Position numbers and translations under genes: made by a program. From contig CANQUA010000008.1 in NCBI GenBank assembly GCA_947626915.1, forward strand, positions 135-64,134: DNA of 64,000 bases, read 5' to 3'. The notes under the pieces were generated by a model. It was not told the origin of the DNA. It made no database searches and worked only from the letters and a program-made list of their open reading frames with translations. This DNA is from an uncultured Lachnospiraceae bacterium (lineage in GTDB: Bacteria > Bacillota > Clostridia > Lachnospirales > Lachnospiraceae). Every line of letters begins with the position of its first letter. Position 1 is the stretch's first letter. This document shows positions 1-9,496 of the stretch, in pieces.

Positions 1-1
1 G

Positions 2-274
2 CGGCTCGATATGGACGAACGCACGGTGGTTTATGATGACGAGGAAATCCCCCTGACGGCGCGGGAGTTTAATATCATCTACAAGCTGCTGTCCTATCCG
101 GGCAAGACCTTCACCCGCACCCAGCTCATGGACGAGTTTTGGGACGCGGAAACGAACACTGCGCCGCGTGCCGTGGACGTTTATATGACGAAGCTGCGGG
201 GGAAGTTTGAGAAATGTACGGAATTTGAACTCAGGACCGTTCACGGTTTGGGCTACAAGGCGGTGATACTGTGA
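2..274 (+). CDS. OmpR-family response regulator, C-terminal winged helix (5' end outside window)
   Basis: LTAREFNIIYKL...TRTQLMDEFW...AVDVYMTKLR...RTVHGLGYK; frame is open to the window edge. Confidence 0.9.
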   Translation, partial: RLDMDERTVVYDDEEIPLTAREFNIIYKLLSYPGKTFTRTQLMDEFWDAETNTAPRAVDVYMTKLRGKFEKCTEFELRTVHGLGYKAVIL

Positions 275-1371
275 GGCCGGATTCAAGGTTAAGGCGGCTT
301 CTGTTCTCTCTGAGAAGTTATGCTGCCTTTTTTCTGCTGATGTCTTTCGTGATCACCTGCTGTATGCTGCTGTTTCTGAACGCGCTGGCGGGCTCCATGG
401 AAATCGCCTATACTGAGCGCGGGATTCGTCTGGCCGCTGTCACAACATTCGTCAACGTAATCTTTCTGAGTCTGCTGTGTACCGCAATCGACGGCGTGCG
501 CCGGAAATATATGGTGGAACGCCCAGTGCGGCGGATCGTGCAGGGGGCAGAAAAACTCATGCAGGGCGACTTTTCCACACGAATCGAGCCCTATCATGGG
601 ATTGATGAACGATCCGGCTTTGACACGATCATCGACTATTTCAACCGCATGGCGGAAGAGCTTTCCGGCGTGGAGACCTTGCGGACGGATTTCATCGCCA
701 ATGTGTCCCACGAATTAAAAACGCCGCTGGCCGTCATGCAGAATTACGGAACCATGCTCCAAAGTCCCGATCTGACCGAAGCGCAGCGGATGGACTACGC
801 CAGGGCGATCACTGAGCAGTCCCGCCGTTTGGCTGACCTTATTACGAATATCTTGAAACTGAACCGTCTGGAAAACCAGCAGATTTATCCCGCCGCAAAG
901 CGGTACGATCTTGGCGGGCAGCTTGCCGAGTGCCTTCTGAACTTTGAAAGCACCTGGGAGAAAAAGAACATCGGCATTGAGACGGCTCTCGAAGAAGAAG
1001 TATTTGTGAAATCGGACGGCGAGCTTTTGTCCCTCGTCTGGAACAATCTGTTCTCCAACGCCCTGAAATTTACGGAAAGCGGCGGCACGGTGTCCGTGGC
1101 TTTGAAAACGGAGGGAGATTATGCCGCCGTCCGGGTGTCAGACACCGGCTGCGGTATTTCTCCGGAAATCGGCAAGCACATCTTTGAGAAGTTTTATCAG
1201 GGCGATACCTCTCATGCCACACAGGGCAACGGCTTGGGGCTGGCGCTGGTGAAACGGGTGGTGGATATTGTCGGCGGTACCATTTCCGTAGAGAGTGAGG
1301 TCGGAAAAGGCAGTACCTTTACTGTAAGAATCAGGAGGGCGGCGGATGGAGACATTCAAAAGAATCCTTAA
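271..1371 (+). CDS. Sensor histidine kinase (2 TM, HAMP, HisKA, HATPase)
   Basis: ANVSHELKTPL H-box, NLFSNALKF, DTGCGI and GNGLGL boxes; start overlaps regulator stop. Confidence 0.93.
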   Translation: MRPDSRLRRLLFSLRSYAAFFLLMSFVITCCMLLFLNALAGSMEIAYTERGIRLAAVTTFVNVIFLSLLCTAIDGVRRKYMVERPVRRIVQGAEKLMQGDFSTRIEPYHGIDERSGFDTIIDYFNRMAEELSGVETLRTDFIANVSHELKTPLAVMQNYGTMLQSPDLTEAQRMDYARAITEQSRRLADLITNILKLNRLENQQIYPAAKRYDLGGQLAECLLNFESTWEKKNIGIETALEEEVFVKSDGELLSLVWNNLFSNALKFTESGGTVSVALKTEGDYAAVRVSDTGCGISPEIGKHIFEKFYQGDTSHATQGNGLGLALVKRVVDIVGGTISVESEVGKGSTFTVRIRRAADGDIQKNP

Positions 1372-2260
1372 AAAGATATTCTGCCTGCCTCCTCTCCCAA
1401 CGGTTCTGGCAGCGCTTTTCGGCTACGGCTTTGTGATCGCCGTGTTTGCGTTTGATATACAGAACCCAATCCTGCAGTACGCCTCCTACATTGCTTCTGC
1501 CTATGCACTGATCGTCAGCATTACAGGGCTTGTCTATATCAATACGGCGATAGGCGGCGTCAGAAAATTTATCTCCGATCATCCGCTGATGAAAAAATTC
1601 CGCTCCACCAAGATGGGTGAAAAATACATGACCGATGTGCGTTTCCGGGCAGGAGTCTCGCTGTATCAGGGCTTTTTCATCAATCTCCTGTATATCGCCA
1701 TGAAGCTGGTATCCGGCATCGTGTACCGCTCCGCATGGTTTGCCGCGCTGGCGGTCTATTACCTTCTGCTGGCCGTGATGCGCTTTCTTTTAGTACGGCA
1801 GCTGAACATGCAGGACAAAGCGGCGGAACTCAGACGCTACCGGCTGTGCGGGATCCTGCTTTTGTTTATGAACCAGGCGCTCGCGGGAATTGTAATATTC
1901 ATGGTCCACCAGAACCGCGGATTTGAGTATCCGGGGCTGCTGATCTACGCCATGGCCGCCTATTCCTTTTATGCCGTCACCATTGCCATCATCAACATCA
2001 TCAAGACCCGGCGGCACAAAAGCCCGATTCTCTCAGCAGCCAAAGCCATCAGCTTTGTGGCGGCGCTGGTGTCCGTTCTGTCCCTGACCACTGCCATGCT
2101 CTCCCAGTTCGGCGGAGAGGACAACGCGGAATTCAACAGGACCATGACCGGCGCTGTAGGCGGCGGGGTCTGCATCATTGTGATCGGCATGGCAATCTAT
2201 ATGATCGGACGGGCAAATAAAAATCTGAAAAAAATTGAAATTAACAATTCTCGAACATAA
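1346..2260 (+). CDS. Multi-pass membrane protein of unknown function
   Basis: 304 aa, many hydrophobic segments; AGGAGG RBS upstream. Confidence 0.75.
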   Translation: METFKRILKKIFCLPPLPTVLAALFGYGFVIAVFAFDIQNPILQYASYIASAYALIVSITGLVYINTAIGGVRKFISDHPLMKKFRSTKMGEKYMTDVRFRAGVSLYQGFFINLLYIAMKLVSGIVYRSAWFAALAVYYLLLAVMRFLLVRQLNMQDKAAELRRYRLCGILLLFMNQALAGIVIFMVHQNRGFEYPGLLIYAMAAYSFYAVTIAIINIIKTRRHKSPILSAAKAISFVAALVSVLSLTTAMLSQFGGEDNAEFNRTMTGAVGGGVCIIVIGMAIYMIGRANKNLKKIEINNSRT

Positions 2261-2325
2261 CTTGAATATTTTGCAAACGGTTACCTGATACAATAACCGC
2301 GGGATCCTGAAAGGAGCAGAAGATC

Positions 2326-2709
2326 ATGGAAGAAAAGAAAGAGACTTTCACCTATACCTATTCCGCAAAAGAGCAAGAAGAAATCAAAAAGATCCGGGAC
2401 AAATACGCACCCCCGGCAAAAGAGGAAACCCCGATGGAGCAGCTTCGCCGACTTGACGAGAGCGCCACAAAGGGAGCAGCCATCGTCTCTCTGATCGTCG
2501 GGATCATCAGCGCTCTGATTTTGGGGGTTGGGATGTGCTGCACGATGCTGCCCGGCTGGGAGCGGTATTTCGTTCCGGGCATTGTAATCGGCGTGTCCGG
2601 CATCATCGGCATCATCGCGGCCTATCCGATCTACACACACATGGTAAAGCGTAAGAGGGAAAAACTTGCGCCGGAAATCATGCGGCTATCGGATGAGCTG
2701 ATGAAGTGA
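2326..2709 (+). CDS. Small 2-TM membrane protein
   Basis: AAGGAG RBS; charged N-terminus followed by two hydrophobic helices. Confidence 0.75.
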   Translation: MEEKKETFTYTYSAKEQEEIKKIRDKYAPPAKEETPMEQLRRLDESATKGAAIVSLIVGIISALILGVGMCCTMLPGWERYFVPGIVIGVSGIIGIIAAYPIYTHMVKRKREKLAPEIMRLSDELMK

Positions 2710-2720
2710 TTTTGTCAGTC

Positions 2721-2754
2721 AGACCGCTTACTGAAAACGTAGGCGGTCTTTTTC
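2721..2754 (+). terminator. Intrinsic terminator
   Basis: AGACCGCTTAC...GTAGGCGGTCT stem followed by a T-run. Confidence 0.75.
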
Positions 2755-2803
2755 TGTCATATTTATTGAAAACGCATTGATGAGGATACCGTAAAACTTT
2801 CTT

Positions 2804-3288
2804 ATGCCGCCCCACCCTTGGGACGGTCTGCTTTTTCACGGACAAAAAGCGGCTGTTCACGGACATTTCCGCAGGGCGCCCGTTCTTTTGCTATCCTGTT
2901 GTCGTGAGGATGCGCAAAGCGGCACATTGACAGCAGCAGAAAGGCAGTATCGTACTTCTATCTGTCTGCGCGGTATGCAGGGTTCGATAGCCCTTTTGGG
3001 ATAGCGAATAAAACGATCCTGCCGTCCATCGGCGCGGCGCCTTGGGTTATTATTTTTCTGTTTTGCAAAACATGTATCTGGAAACAAATCATGAATGGAG
3101 GGTATCTGATGCGTCATTTTTATTTTCGTCTCATTCTTGGGATCGTCTGGCTGGCCGCGGCGCTGTTTTGTATCACGGGCGCCGATCTCCCCTTTGCGGC
3201 GCTGTACGCCGCGTTGGGCATTCTGTTCCTGTGATCCGCCTGTTTAGTCCGGAAAAAGGTGGGAAGCAGCAAAGATGATCGGGAGTAA
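2804..3288 (+). pseudogene. Decayed membrane-protein genes (frameshift near 3001; in-frame TGA at 3232-3234 in MRHFYFRLILGIVW...)
   Basis: Hydrophobic reading continues across a -1 shift at 3001; ORF from ATG 3109 (GGAGGG RBS) is interrupted by TGA and reads on to TAA 3288. Confidence 0.45.
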
Positions 3289-3589
3289 CGAAAGGAACCG
3301 AACGGAACTTCTGAAAAAGGCTTATCTGATCATGGCGTTCGCCCTGAAACCGAAACTGCTCCTGCTGGACGAGCCTGTGAACGGACTGGATTTTCAAAGC
3401 ACCGAATATCTGTATGAGCAGATCCATCACTACCGACAATGCGGCGCCGCCCTCTTCTCGTCCCACATCCCGGAAAGCATCTGTCTTACATCTGACCGGG
3501 TGCTGGTACTGGAGCAGGGGCAGATCCGGAGAAGGTTTGCGGGACAGGAAATCGAAGCCGCCAGGATCCGGGAGGTGCTGAAAGAATGA
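3275..3589 (+). pseudogene. ABC ATPase C-terminal remnant
   Basis: LLLLDEPVNGLD Walker B/D-loop and FSSH H-loop present; no Walker A or signature motif. Confidence 0.8.
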
Positions 3590-4492
3590 ACATCCTGAAA
3601 GCCCTCTTAAAACAGCTTCTGGGCGCCAGGTATGAGCGCGCCGGAAAGAGCCTGATGGTTTATCCTGTATGTTTCCATCCACGCTGCGGGAATTGAAACC
3701 GAGATTGCTGCTTCGGTTCTCTTTCTGACGGCGGCGGCCGTTTCGGCGGGGATCCTGTGGCAGGCCTTTCATTCTCCGGGGAACGCAGACAGCATGACCG
3801 GGCTGTTTCTGCTGCCGTTTGCGGGCAGAAACATGACGTTTTCCATCGTCCTGGCCTTTACCGGCTACACGCTGGTCACAAAAACGTTTCCTGTATTGAC
3901 GCTGTTCTTTGCGGTCCATGAATGGAGCGCGGCGCAGATCGCCGTGTCACTGCTCTGCGCCTGTCATGGCTGTTTCCTGACCGCCGCCGCTCTGCCGTTT
4001 CTGTTGGGGCAGTTCGACGGGCTCCCCGTCCTGCCGCTGGGATTCGCCATCCTGTGCCTGAATACGCCGGTCTGCATATTGCTGTCCTGCGACCCGGCGC
4101 TGGAGCAGGCGGTCCGGATGCTGCCCGGACAGGCCCTCCGCTTTTGTCCCCGCTATTGCGTCTTCCTTTCTTTCGTCAACGCGGCGGTGAGCGGCGTGTA
4201 TCTGGCGAGCTGGCAATGGCGGTACGGCGGCGTGGACGGTCCGGAAATCGCCGCCGCGCTGCTGATCGCTCTGCAGAGCGCGATCCTGTCTGTCCTGCTG
4301 GAATGGTTTTGCCCGATCCGCAGCTGGAAGATCGAAAGCGATCTGTGGCAACACCCGCGCAAATACGTTGTGCCCGTCGTCATGCTGCTCCTCGCAGGGC
4401 TGATCGGTATCTGGCCCGTAAGCCTATGGATCCTGTTCTGCGCCGTTTTAGCAGAAATTTTAATCTTACCAAAAATCGCAAGGAGGATTTGA
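3586..4492 (+). pseudogene. ABC-type permease, frameshifted near 3660
   Basis: ATG 3586 overlaps the ATPase stop; MNILKALLKQLLGARYERAGKSL shifts frame into ILYVSIHAAG... and joins the 3794-4492 ORF. Confidence 0.65.
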
Positions 4493-4496
4493 ACCC

Positions 4497-4718
4497 ATGA
4501 AAAATACGAAACGCTGCCCAAAGTGCAATTCGCAGAATATTGTCCGCGTCCCCGACAACCAGAACCGCCACGCAAGCGGCAACAACATTTATACCTCAAC
4601 TTTTACGCTGATGAAAAAAATCCCCGTAATACGCTATGTCTGCTGCGACTGCGGCTATGTGGAGAACTGGGTCGAAACCCAGAGCGGACGCATGGAGATC
4701 AAACGCACTTTCGGCTAA
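4497..4718 (+). CDS. Small zinc-ribbon protein
   Basis: CPKC and CCDCGY motifs; AGGAGG RBS. Confidence 0.75.
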   Translation: MKNTKRCPKCNSQNIVRVPDNQNRHASGNNIYTSTFTLMKKIPVIRYVCCDCGYVENWVETQSGRMEIKRTFG

Positions 4719-4763
4719 AATCCCGGCAAAACCGGTTTTCATTCAAAAACCCCCTTCGCGCTG

Positions 4764-4793
4764 TCATAGCGGACCTGCCGCCGCTCATATAGT
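4764..4793 (+). promoter_or_regulatory. sigmaE-like (mother-cell) promoter ahead of the small ORF and LSR1
   Basis: TCATAGC-15 bp-CATATAGT; ATA to CATA spacing 17 bp. Confidence 0.55.
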
Positions 4794-4825
4794 ATACAGC
4801 CATTCTTTGAAAGGAGGCTGCACAT

Positions 4826-4984
4826 TTGAAAAGCAGCGAAAAGCCGGCGGCCGCAGGCGTATGCAAAAGTGTTTTCAAAAGCGGCGAAAACACGATTTCA
4901 GGAGAACAATTCACCCAAATGTGGATCCAGCTGATCAATCAGATTGAAAAGGACAGAGCTCTCCATGCTGCCCGGAAAGAATGA
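4826..4984 (+). CDS. 52-aa small protein not in the ORF track; candidate recombination directionality factor for LSR1
   Basis: AAGGAGG RBS then TTG; MKSSEKPAAAGVCKSVFKSGENTISGEQFTQMWIQLINQIEKDRALHAARKE*; function inferred from position. Confidence 0.6.
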   Translation: MKSSEKPAAAGVCKSVFKSGENTISGEQFTQMWIQLINQIEKDRALHAARKE

Positions 4985-5028
4985 CAAGCCTTTCTCCGCA
5001 GGCCCCTGCCTGCGCGGAAAAGGCTTGT
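4984..5028 (+). other. Stem-loop between the small ORF and LSR1
   Basis: ACAAGCCTTT...GCAGG / CCTGC...AAAGGCTTGT imperfect inverted repeat. Confidence 0.55.
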
Positions 5029-5051
5029 TCCGTCTCTGAGGAGGGCCAAAC

Positions 5052-6605
5052 ATGAAAGCCGCCATTTATTGCCGCTTATCCGAAGAAGACCGAAACAAGC
5101 AGTCCGAAACCGACGACAGCTGCAGCATACAAAATCAGAAGGCCATGCTGCTGCAATACACGATGGAACAGGGGTGGGAACTTTACAACATTTACAGCGA
5201 CGACGACTACACCGGCTCCGACCGGCGGCGTCCGGAGTTTAACCGCCTGCTGCGGGACGCAGAGCAGCGCAAATTTGATATTGTCCTCTGCAAGACCCAG
5301 TCGCGCTTTACCCGCGAATTGGAATTGGTGGAAAAATACATCCATGGGCTGTTCCCAATATGGGGGATCCGCTTCGTCAGCATTGTCGACAACGCGGATA
5401 CCGCAAATAAGGGAAACAAAAAGTCCCGTCAGATCAACGGGCTCGTCAACGAATGGTACCTGGAGGATATGTCTGAGAATATCCGAAGCGTCCTAACAAA
5501 CCGGCGGAAGAACGGTTTTCACATCGGCGCATTCGCCCTTTACGGTTACAGGAAAGACCCCGAACAAAAGGGACACCTGATCGTCGACGAGGAAGCCGCG
5601 GCCGTCGTCCGCGAGGTATTTGCCCTTTTCGCCCAGGGTTACGGAAAAACCGCGATCGCCCGTATGCTCAACGACCGGGGCATACCCAATCCCACGGAAT
5701 ATAAACGCCTGCACGGGCTGCGCTACCGGCAGCCGAAGATGAAAAACAGCACCCTATGGAACTATTCCGCCATTTCGGATATGCTGACCAACGAAATCTA
5801 CATCGGCAATCTGGTCCAGGGCAAATACGGCAGCGTGTCCTACAAAACAAAGCAAAACAAGCCGCGCCCGAGAAGCGAATGGTACATCGTCGAGGGGACG
5901 CACGAGCCGGTCATTGACCGGGAACTGTGGGACAGGGTACAGGCACTGGCCGCCCAGAAAGCCAGGCCTTTTGCCGGCGGCGCCATCGGATTATTCGCCG
6001 GAAAAGCCCGCTGCGCAAACTGCGGTTATGTCATGCGCTCTTCCAAAACCCACAATAAACATTACCTGCAGTGCCCCAGCCGCCATCTGTCGAAAGACGC
6101 CTGCACCGGCTCTTTCATCTCTGTGGAAAAACTGGAACGGCTCGTCCTGGACGAGCTGAACCGTCTGGCAGCGGAGTATCTGGACCAGGACGCGCTCGAA
6201 CAGAACATCCGGCTCTGCGACAATCTGCAGGACCGGAAAGCCCGCCTGCTCTCCGATCTGGCGGCCTATCAGAAAAAGATCGCGGAGTATTCCAAAGGCA
6301 TACGGGAGCTTTACATGGATAAGGTCAGGGGGATCCTGTCCGAAAGCGATTATGCAGCGCTGTCAAAGGATCTTGCCGCGGAACGCAGCCGCCTGGAACG
6401 CGTCGCCGCCGACGCAGAAACGCGGCTGTCCGAACTCGAAGCCGGCATTGCGGCGGGCGGCCATCGCCGCGAGCGAATCGAATCCTATACCCGCCTGGAG
6501 CATCTCACCCGGGAGATCGTGGAAACGCTGATCGGTCACATATCGGTCGGCAGGCGTATCCCCGGCACCAGGGACGTCCCGATCGAGATCCACTGGAACT
6601 TTTGA
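5052..6605 (+). CDS. Large serine recombinase LSR1 (resolvase, recombinase, zinc ribbon, coiled coil; SpoIVCA/CisA-like)
   Basis: YCRLS catalytic motif, DDDYTG, KTQSRFTR, THEPVI, CANCG...C zinc ribbon; uninterrupted 517 aa. Confidence 0.95.
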   Translation: MKAAIYCRLSEEDRNKQSETDDSCSIQNQKAMLLQYTMEQGWELYNIYSDDDYTGSDRRRPEFNRLLRDAEQRKFDIVLCKTQSRFTRELELVEKYIHGLFPIWGIRFVSIVDNADTANKGNKKSRQINGLVNEWYLEDMSENIRSVLTNRRKNGFHIGAFALYGYRKDPEQKGHLIVDEEAAAVVREVFALFAQGYGKTAIARMLNDRGIPNPTEYKRLHGLRYRQPKMKNSTLWNYSAISDMLTNEIYIGNLVQGKYGSVSYKTKQNKPRPRSEWYIVEGTHEPVIDRELWDRVQALAAQKARPFAGGAIGLFAGKARCANCGYVMRSSKTHNKHYLQCPSRHLSKDACTGSFISVEKLERLVLDELNRLAAEYLDQDALEQNIRLCDNLQDRKARLLSDLAAYQKKIAEYSKGIRELYMDKVRGILSESDYAALSKDLAAERSRLERVAADAETRLSELEAGIAAGGHRRERIESYTRLEHLTREIVETLIGHISVGRRIPGTRDVPIEIHWNF

Positions 6606-6636
6606 CCGCAGATCGTTCTTACAGGATCGCCCCATC

Positions 6637-6858
6637 TGCCGCCAGGTCCTCAAACAGATCGGTGATCGGATCACCCTTGGACTGAAACTCGCAGGCGCTG
6701 AAGGGCACGCCGCCCGCCGCCTGGGGCCAGATCCCGGCCGTATGGTCGATATAATAGGGACCCAGACCGGAGGCGGCGATCTGCTCCGCGCTCAGGCCTT
6801 TGGTCAGCTGATGGATGATCGATGCAATGATCTCCATGTGAGCCAGTTCTTCCGTACC
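6637..6858 (-). pseudogene. cotJC: cotJC piece B (middle 74 codons of the manganese-catalase-family spore coat protein)
   Basis: GTEELAHMEIIASIIHQLTKG...YYIDHTAGIWPQAAGGVPFSACEFQSKGDPITDLFEDLAA. Confidence 0.92.
6849..6858. repeat. att core, left junction of the LSR2 element
   Basis: CTTCCGTACC, identical to 12777-12786; followed by arm GAAGCACCGAAAATGCTCCT. Confidence 0.9.
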
Positions 6859-7002
6859 CACAGAAGCACCGAAAATGCTCCTCGGCTCTGCCGGGCAAAG
6901 CGGGACCAGACGTGTGATCTCCTACTAAAATCCCAAGAAAAATCCCTGTTCTTTTACCGGAATGTCCGTTATACTATAAGTAACTTCTGAGGAGGACCGT
7001 TT

Positions 7003-7665
7003 ATGTACCGAAAGATACTGATCATCGACGACGATATCTATATTGGGAACCTGATGGACGATGCTTTGAGCAGGGAGGGCTATCAGATCTTCCACGCGTA
7101 TTCCGGCACGGAGGCGCTGCTGTTTTTGGCGCAGGCCAGGCCGGACCTGATCCTGCTCGACCTGATGCTGCCGGGACTTTCCGGAGAAGAGCTGCTGCCG
7201 CAGATCAAGGGGATCCCCGTCATTGTCGTAAGCGCGAAAGTGGACGTGGACGACAAAGTCAACCTGCTGCTCGGCGGCGCGGCGGACTACATCACCAAAC
7301 CATTTCAGGTCAAAGAGCTTCTGGCCAGGGTCGCCGTGCAGTTCCGCAGGCTCGATCCGGCCTCTCCCGCCCCGGTCCTGGAGTACGGCGGCCTCCGGCT
7401 CGATCCCGTTACCCATATCGTAACCGCCGGCCAAAAGGAACTGAAACCTACCAGAACGGAATACGCGATCCTGAAAATACTCATGCAGAACCCCTCGCAG
7501 ATCGCAACCAAATCGCTGCTTTTAGACCGCATAAGCGCAGATACGCCGGACTGCACAGAAAACTCTCTTAAAATGCACATCAGCAATCTCCGGAAAAAGC
7601 TGCGTGAAGCGGACGGCCAGGATCACATCGAAGCGGTCTGGGGGATCGGGTTCCGGCTGCGCTGA
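7003..7665 (+). CDS. OmpR-family response regulator
   Basis: ILIIDDD, DLILLDLMLP, DYITKPF, AVWGIGFR; GAGGAGG RBS. Confidence 0.95.
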   Translation: MYRKILIIDDDIYIGNLMDDALSREGYQIFHAYSGTEALLFLAQARPDLILLDLMLPGLSGEELLPQIKGIPVIVVSAKVDVDDKVNLLLGGAADYITKPFQVKELLARVAVQFRRLDPASPAPVLEYGGLRLDPVTHIVTAGQKELKPTRTEYAILKILMQNPSQIATKSLLLDRISADTPDCTENSLKMHISNLRKKLREADGQDHIEAVWGIGFRLR

Positions 7666-7671
7666 AAAAAT

Positions 7672-7714
7672 CTTTACGGTTTCTTTACCGGTTCCTTTAC
7701 CGCTTTCTTTACGG
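7672..7714 (+). promoter_or_regulatory. Four CTTTAC(G/C)G direct repeats, probable response-regulator binding site
   Basis: Copies at 7672, 7683, 7695 and 7707, ahead of the ABC ATPase gene. Confidence 0.6.
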
Positions 7715-7758
7715 TTCCATGATACGATACCGGCATCAAATCAAGGAGGTATGCCTTT

Positions 7759-8673
7759 ATGGACTATGTTCTCAGAACAAACGCTTTGACCAAAAGCTAT
7801 AAAGGGGCCAAAGCGCTGGCCGGTCTCACGATGAATGTGCCCAAGGGAGCGATCTACGGGTTCGTGGGGAAAAACGGCGCCGGCAAGACGACGCTGATCC
7901 GCCTGATCTGCGGCCTGCAGGAGCCGGATTCGGGAGACTACACGCTGTACGGCAGAAAAAACGCGGAAAAGGACATTACAAGCTCCCGCCGCCGGATGGG
8001 CGCGGTCGTGGAAACGCCCGCCATTTATCTGGATCTGACGGCGGAGGAAAATCTCAGGCAGCAGTACCGGATCCTGGGACTGCCCTCGTTTGACGGGCTT
8101 TCCGACATTTTAAAACTGGTGGGGCTGGATCAAACCGGGAAAAAGAAAGCGAAAAACTTTTCCCTGGGGATGCGGCAGCGGCTCGGGATCGCCGTCGCTC
8201 TCGCCGGGGATCCGGACTTTCTGGTTCTGGACGAACCCGCCAACGGACTCGACCCCCAGGGGATCATCGAGATCCGGGAACTGATCCTGGAGCTGAACCG
8301 CAGGCAGCAGATCACAGTCCTGATCTCCAGCCATATCCTGGACGAACTGTCAAAGTTCGCGACCCATTACGGTTTCATCGATGGCGGGCGCATGGTAAAA
8401 GAAATCAGCGCCGAAGAACTGGAGGCCGCCTGCCGGAAATGCGTCCGCATGGAGGTCAGCAGCACGAAAGCCCTCGCCCGCGTCCTCGACAAAATGAAGA
8501 TCGACTATACGATCCTGAGCGGCACGACCGCCGACGTCTACGCGAAAGTAAACATCTCCCGCCTGAGCAGCGCGCTTGCAGGGGAGAACTGCGAACTGAT
8601 CTCGGCGCAGGAACGGGATGAAAGTCTGGAAAGCTATTATGTGAGTCTGGTGGGAGGCGGAACGAATGAATAA
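7759..8673 (+). CDS. ABC transporter ATPase (BcrA/lantibiotic-immunity-like)
   Basis: GKNGAGKT, FSLGMRQR, LVLDEPANGLD, ISSH. Confidence 0.93.
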   Translation: MDYVLRTNALTKSYKGAKALAGLTMNVPKGAIYGFVGKNGAGKTTLIRLICGLQEPDSGDYTLYGRKNAEKDITSSRRRMGAVVETPAIYLDLTAEENLRQQYRILGLPSFDGLSDILKLVGLDQTGKKKAKNFSLGMRQRLGIAVALAGDPDFLVLDEPANGLDPQGIIEIRELILELNRRQQITVLISSHILDELSKFATHYGFIDGGRMVKEISAEELEAACRKCVRMEVSSTKALARVLDKMKIDYTILSGTTADVYAKVNISRLSSALAGENCELISAQERDESLESYYVSLVGGGTNE

Positions 8674-9496
8674 ACTGCTGCGGTCAAATTTTTCAAGGCT
8701 CTGGAGAGACAAACTGTTCTGGCTCTGCATGGGAGCCATGCTCATCTATGCGGTCCTGTTCATGTTAAACGGATGCAGGCAGGCGGCCGCGGATATGTCG
8801 GAATATTCGTATTCTATCGATAACTATTATTTCCATTTCGCGTTATCGATCGGACTCTTCTGCTCGGTGTGCAGCAGTATGTTTTTCGGGACGGAATACA
8901 GCGACGGAACGATCCGGAATAAGATCATCGTCGGACACACAAGGACCGACATCTATCTGGCGAGCCTGATCACCACCTTTGCGGCGACGCTGCTGATCAT
9001 GTCGGTGTGGCTCGTCGGAGCGCTCGTCGCCGTCCCTGCGCTTGGCTTCTGGAAAATAGGCGCTTTGCGGCTGCTGAGCTTCCTGCTGATCGCCGTTATG
9101 TTCGTCCTCGCGCTTTCCGCGATCTGTACGGTGATCAATTTGCTGTCGTCCGGCAAGGCCGATGCGTTTCTCATCTCGATCCTGCTGTTCATTGGCCTGC
9201 TGCTTTTGGCAAGCATGATCTACAACGGCCTCAGCGAGCCGGAAATGGTAAGCGGCGTTCAGATCACCCAGAATGGGCTCGATCTAACGGAACCTGCCCC
9301 GAATCCGAACTATGTCACCGGGATGAAGCGGGAGATCTATGATTTCATCGTCGATTTCCTGCCGACGGGACAGGGACTGCGGATGTGGCAGCTGGAGATC
9401 GCGCATCCGGTCCGGATGATCCTCTCCTCGCTGTTTATCACGGCCGTCACGACGGCGGGCGGGATGTTGGCGTTTAAGAGGAAGAATATCCAGTGA
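8666..9496 (+). CDS. ABC-2 type permease
   Basis: Six hydrophobic segments, EYSDGTIRNKIIVG motif; overlaps the ATPase gene. Confidence 0.88.
   Translation: MNKLLRSNFSRLWRDKLFWLCMGAMLIYAVLFMLNGCRQAAADMSEYSYSIDNYYFHFALSIGLFCSVCSSMFFGTEYSDGTIRNKIIVGHTRTDIYLASLITTFAATLLIMSVWLVGALVAVPALGFWKIGALRLLSFLLIAVMFVLALSAICTVINLLSSGKADAFLISILLFIGLLLLASMIYNGLSEPEMVSGVQITQNGLDLTEPAPNPNYVTGMKREIYDFIVDFLPTGQGLRMWQLEIAHPVRMILSSLFITAVTTAGGMLAFKRKNIQ

Larger units (their letters stand above)
1..6636. mobile_element. LSR1 intervening element in cotJC (left end outside window)
   Basis: cotJC similarity stops at EDLAA (6637) and is replaced by DGAIL*, about 30 bp from the LSR1 stop; left boundary not visible. Confidence 0.7.

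Noticed and set aside
6859-6885. Independent translation of cotJC piece B from GTG 6861
   Set aside because: The GAGGAG in the att arm is 16 nt from the GTG, too far for a convincing RBS
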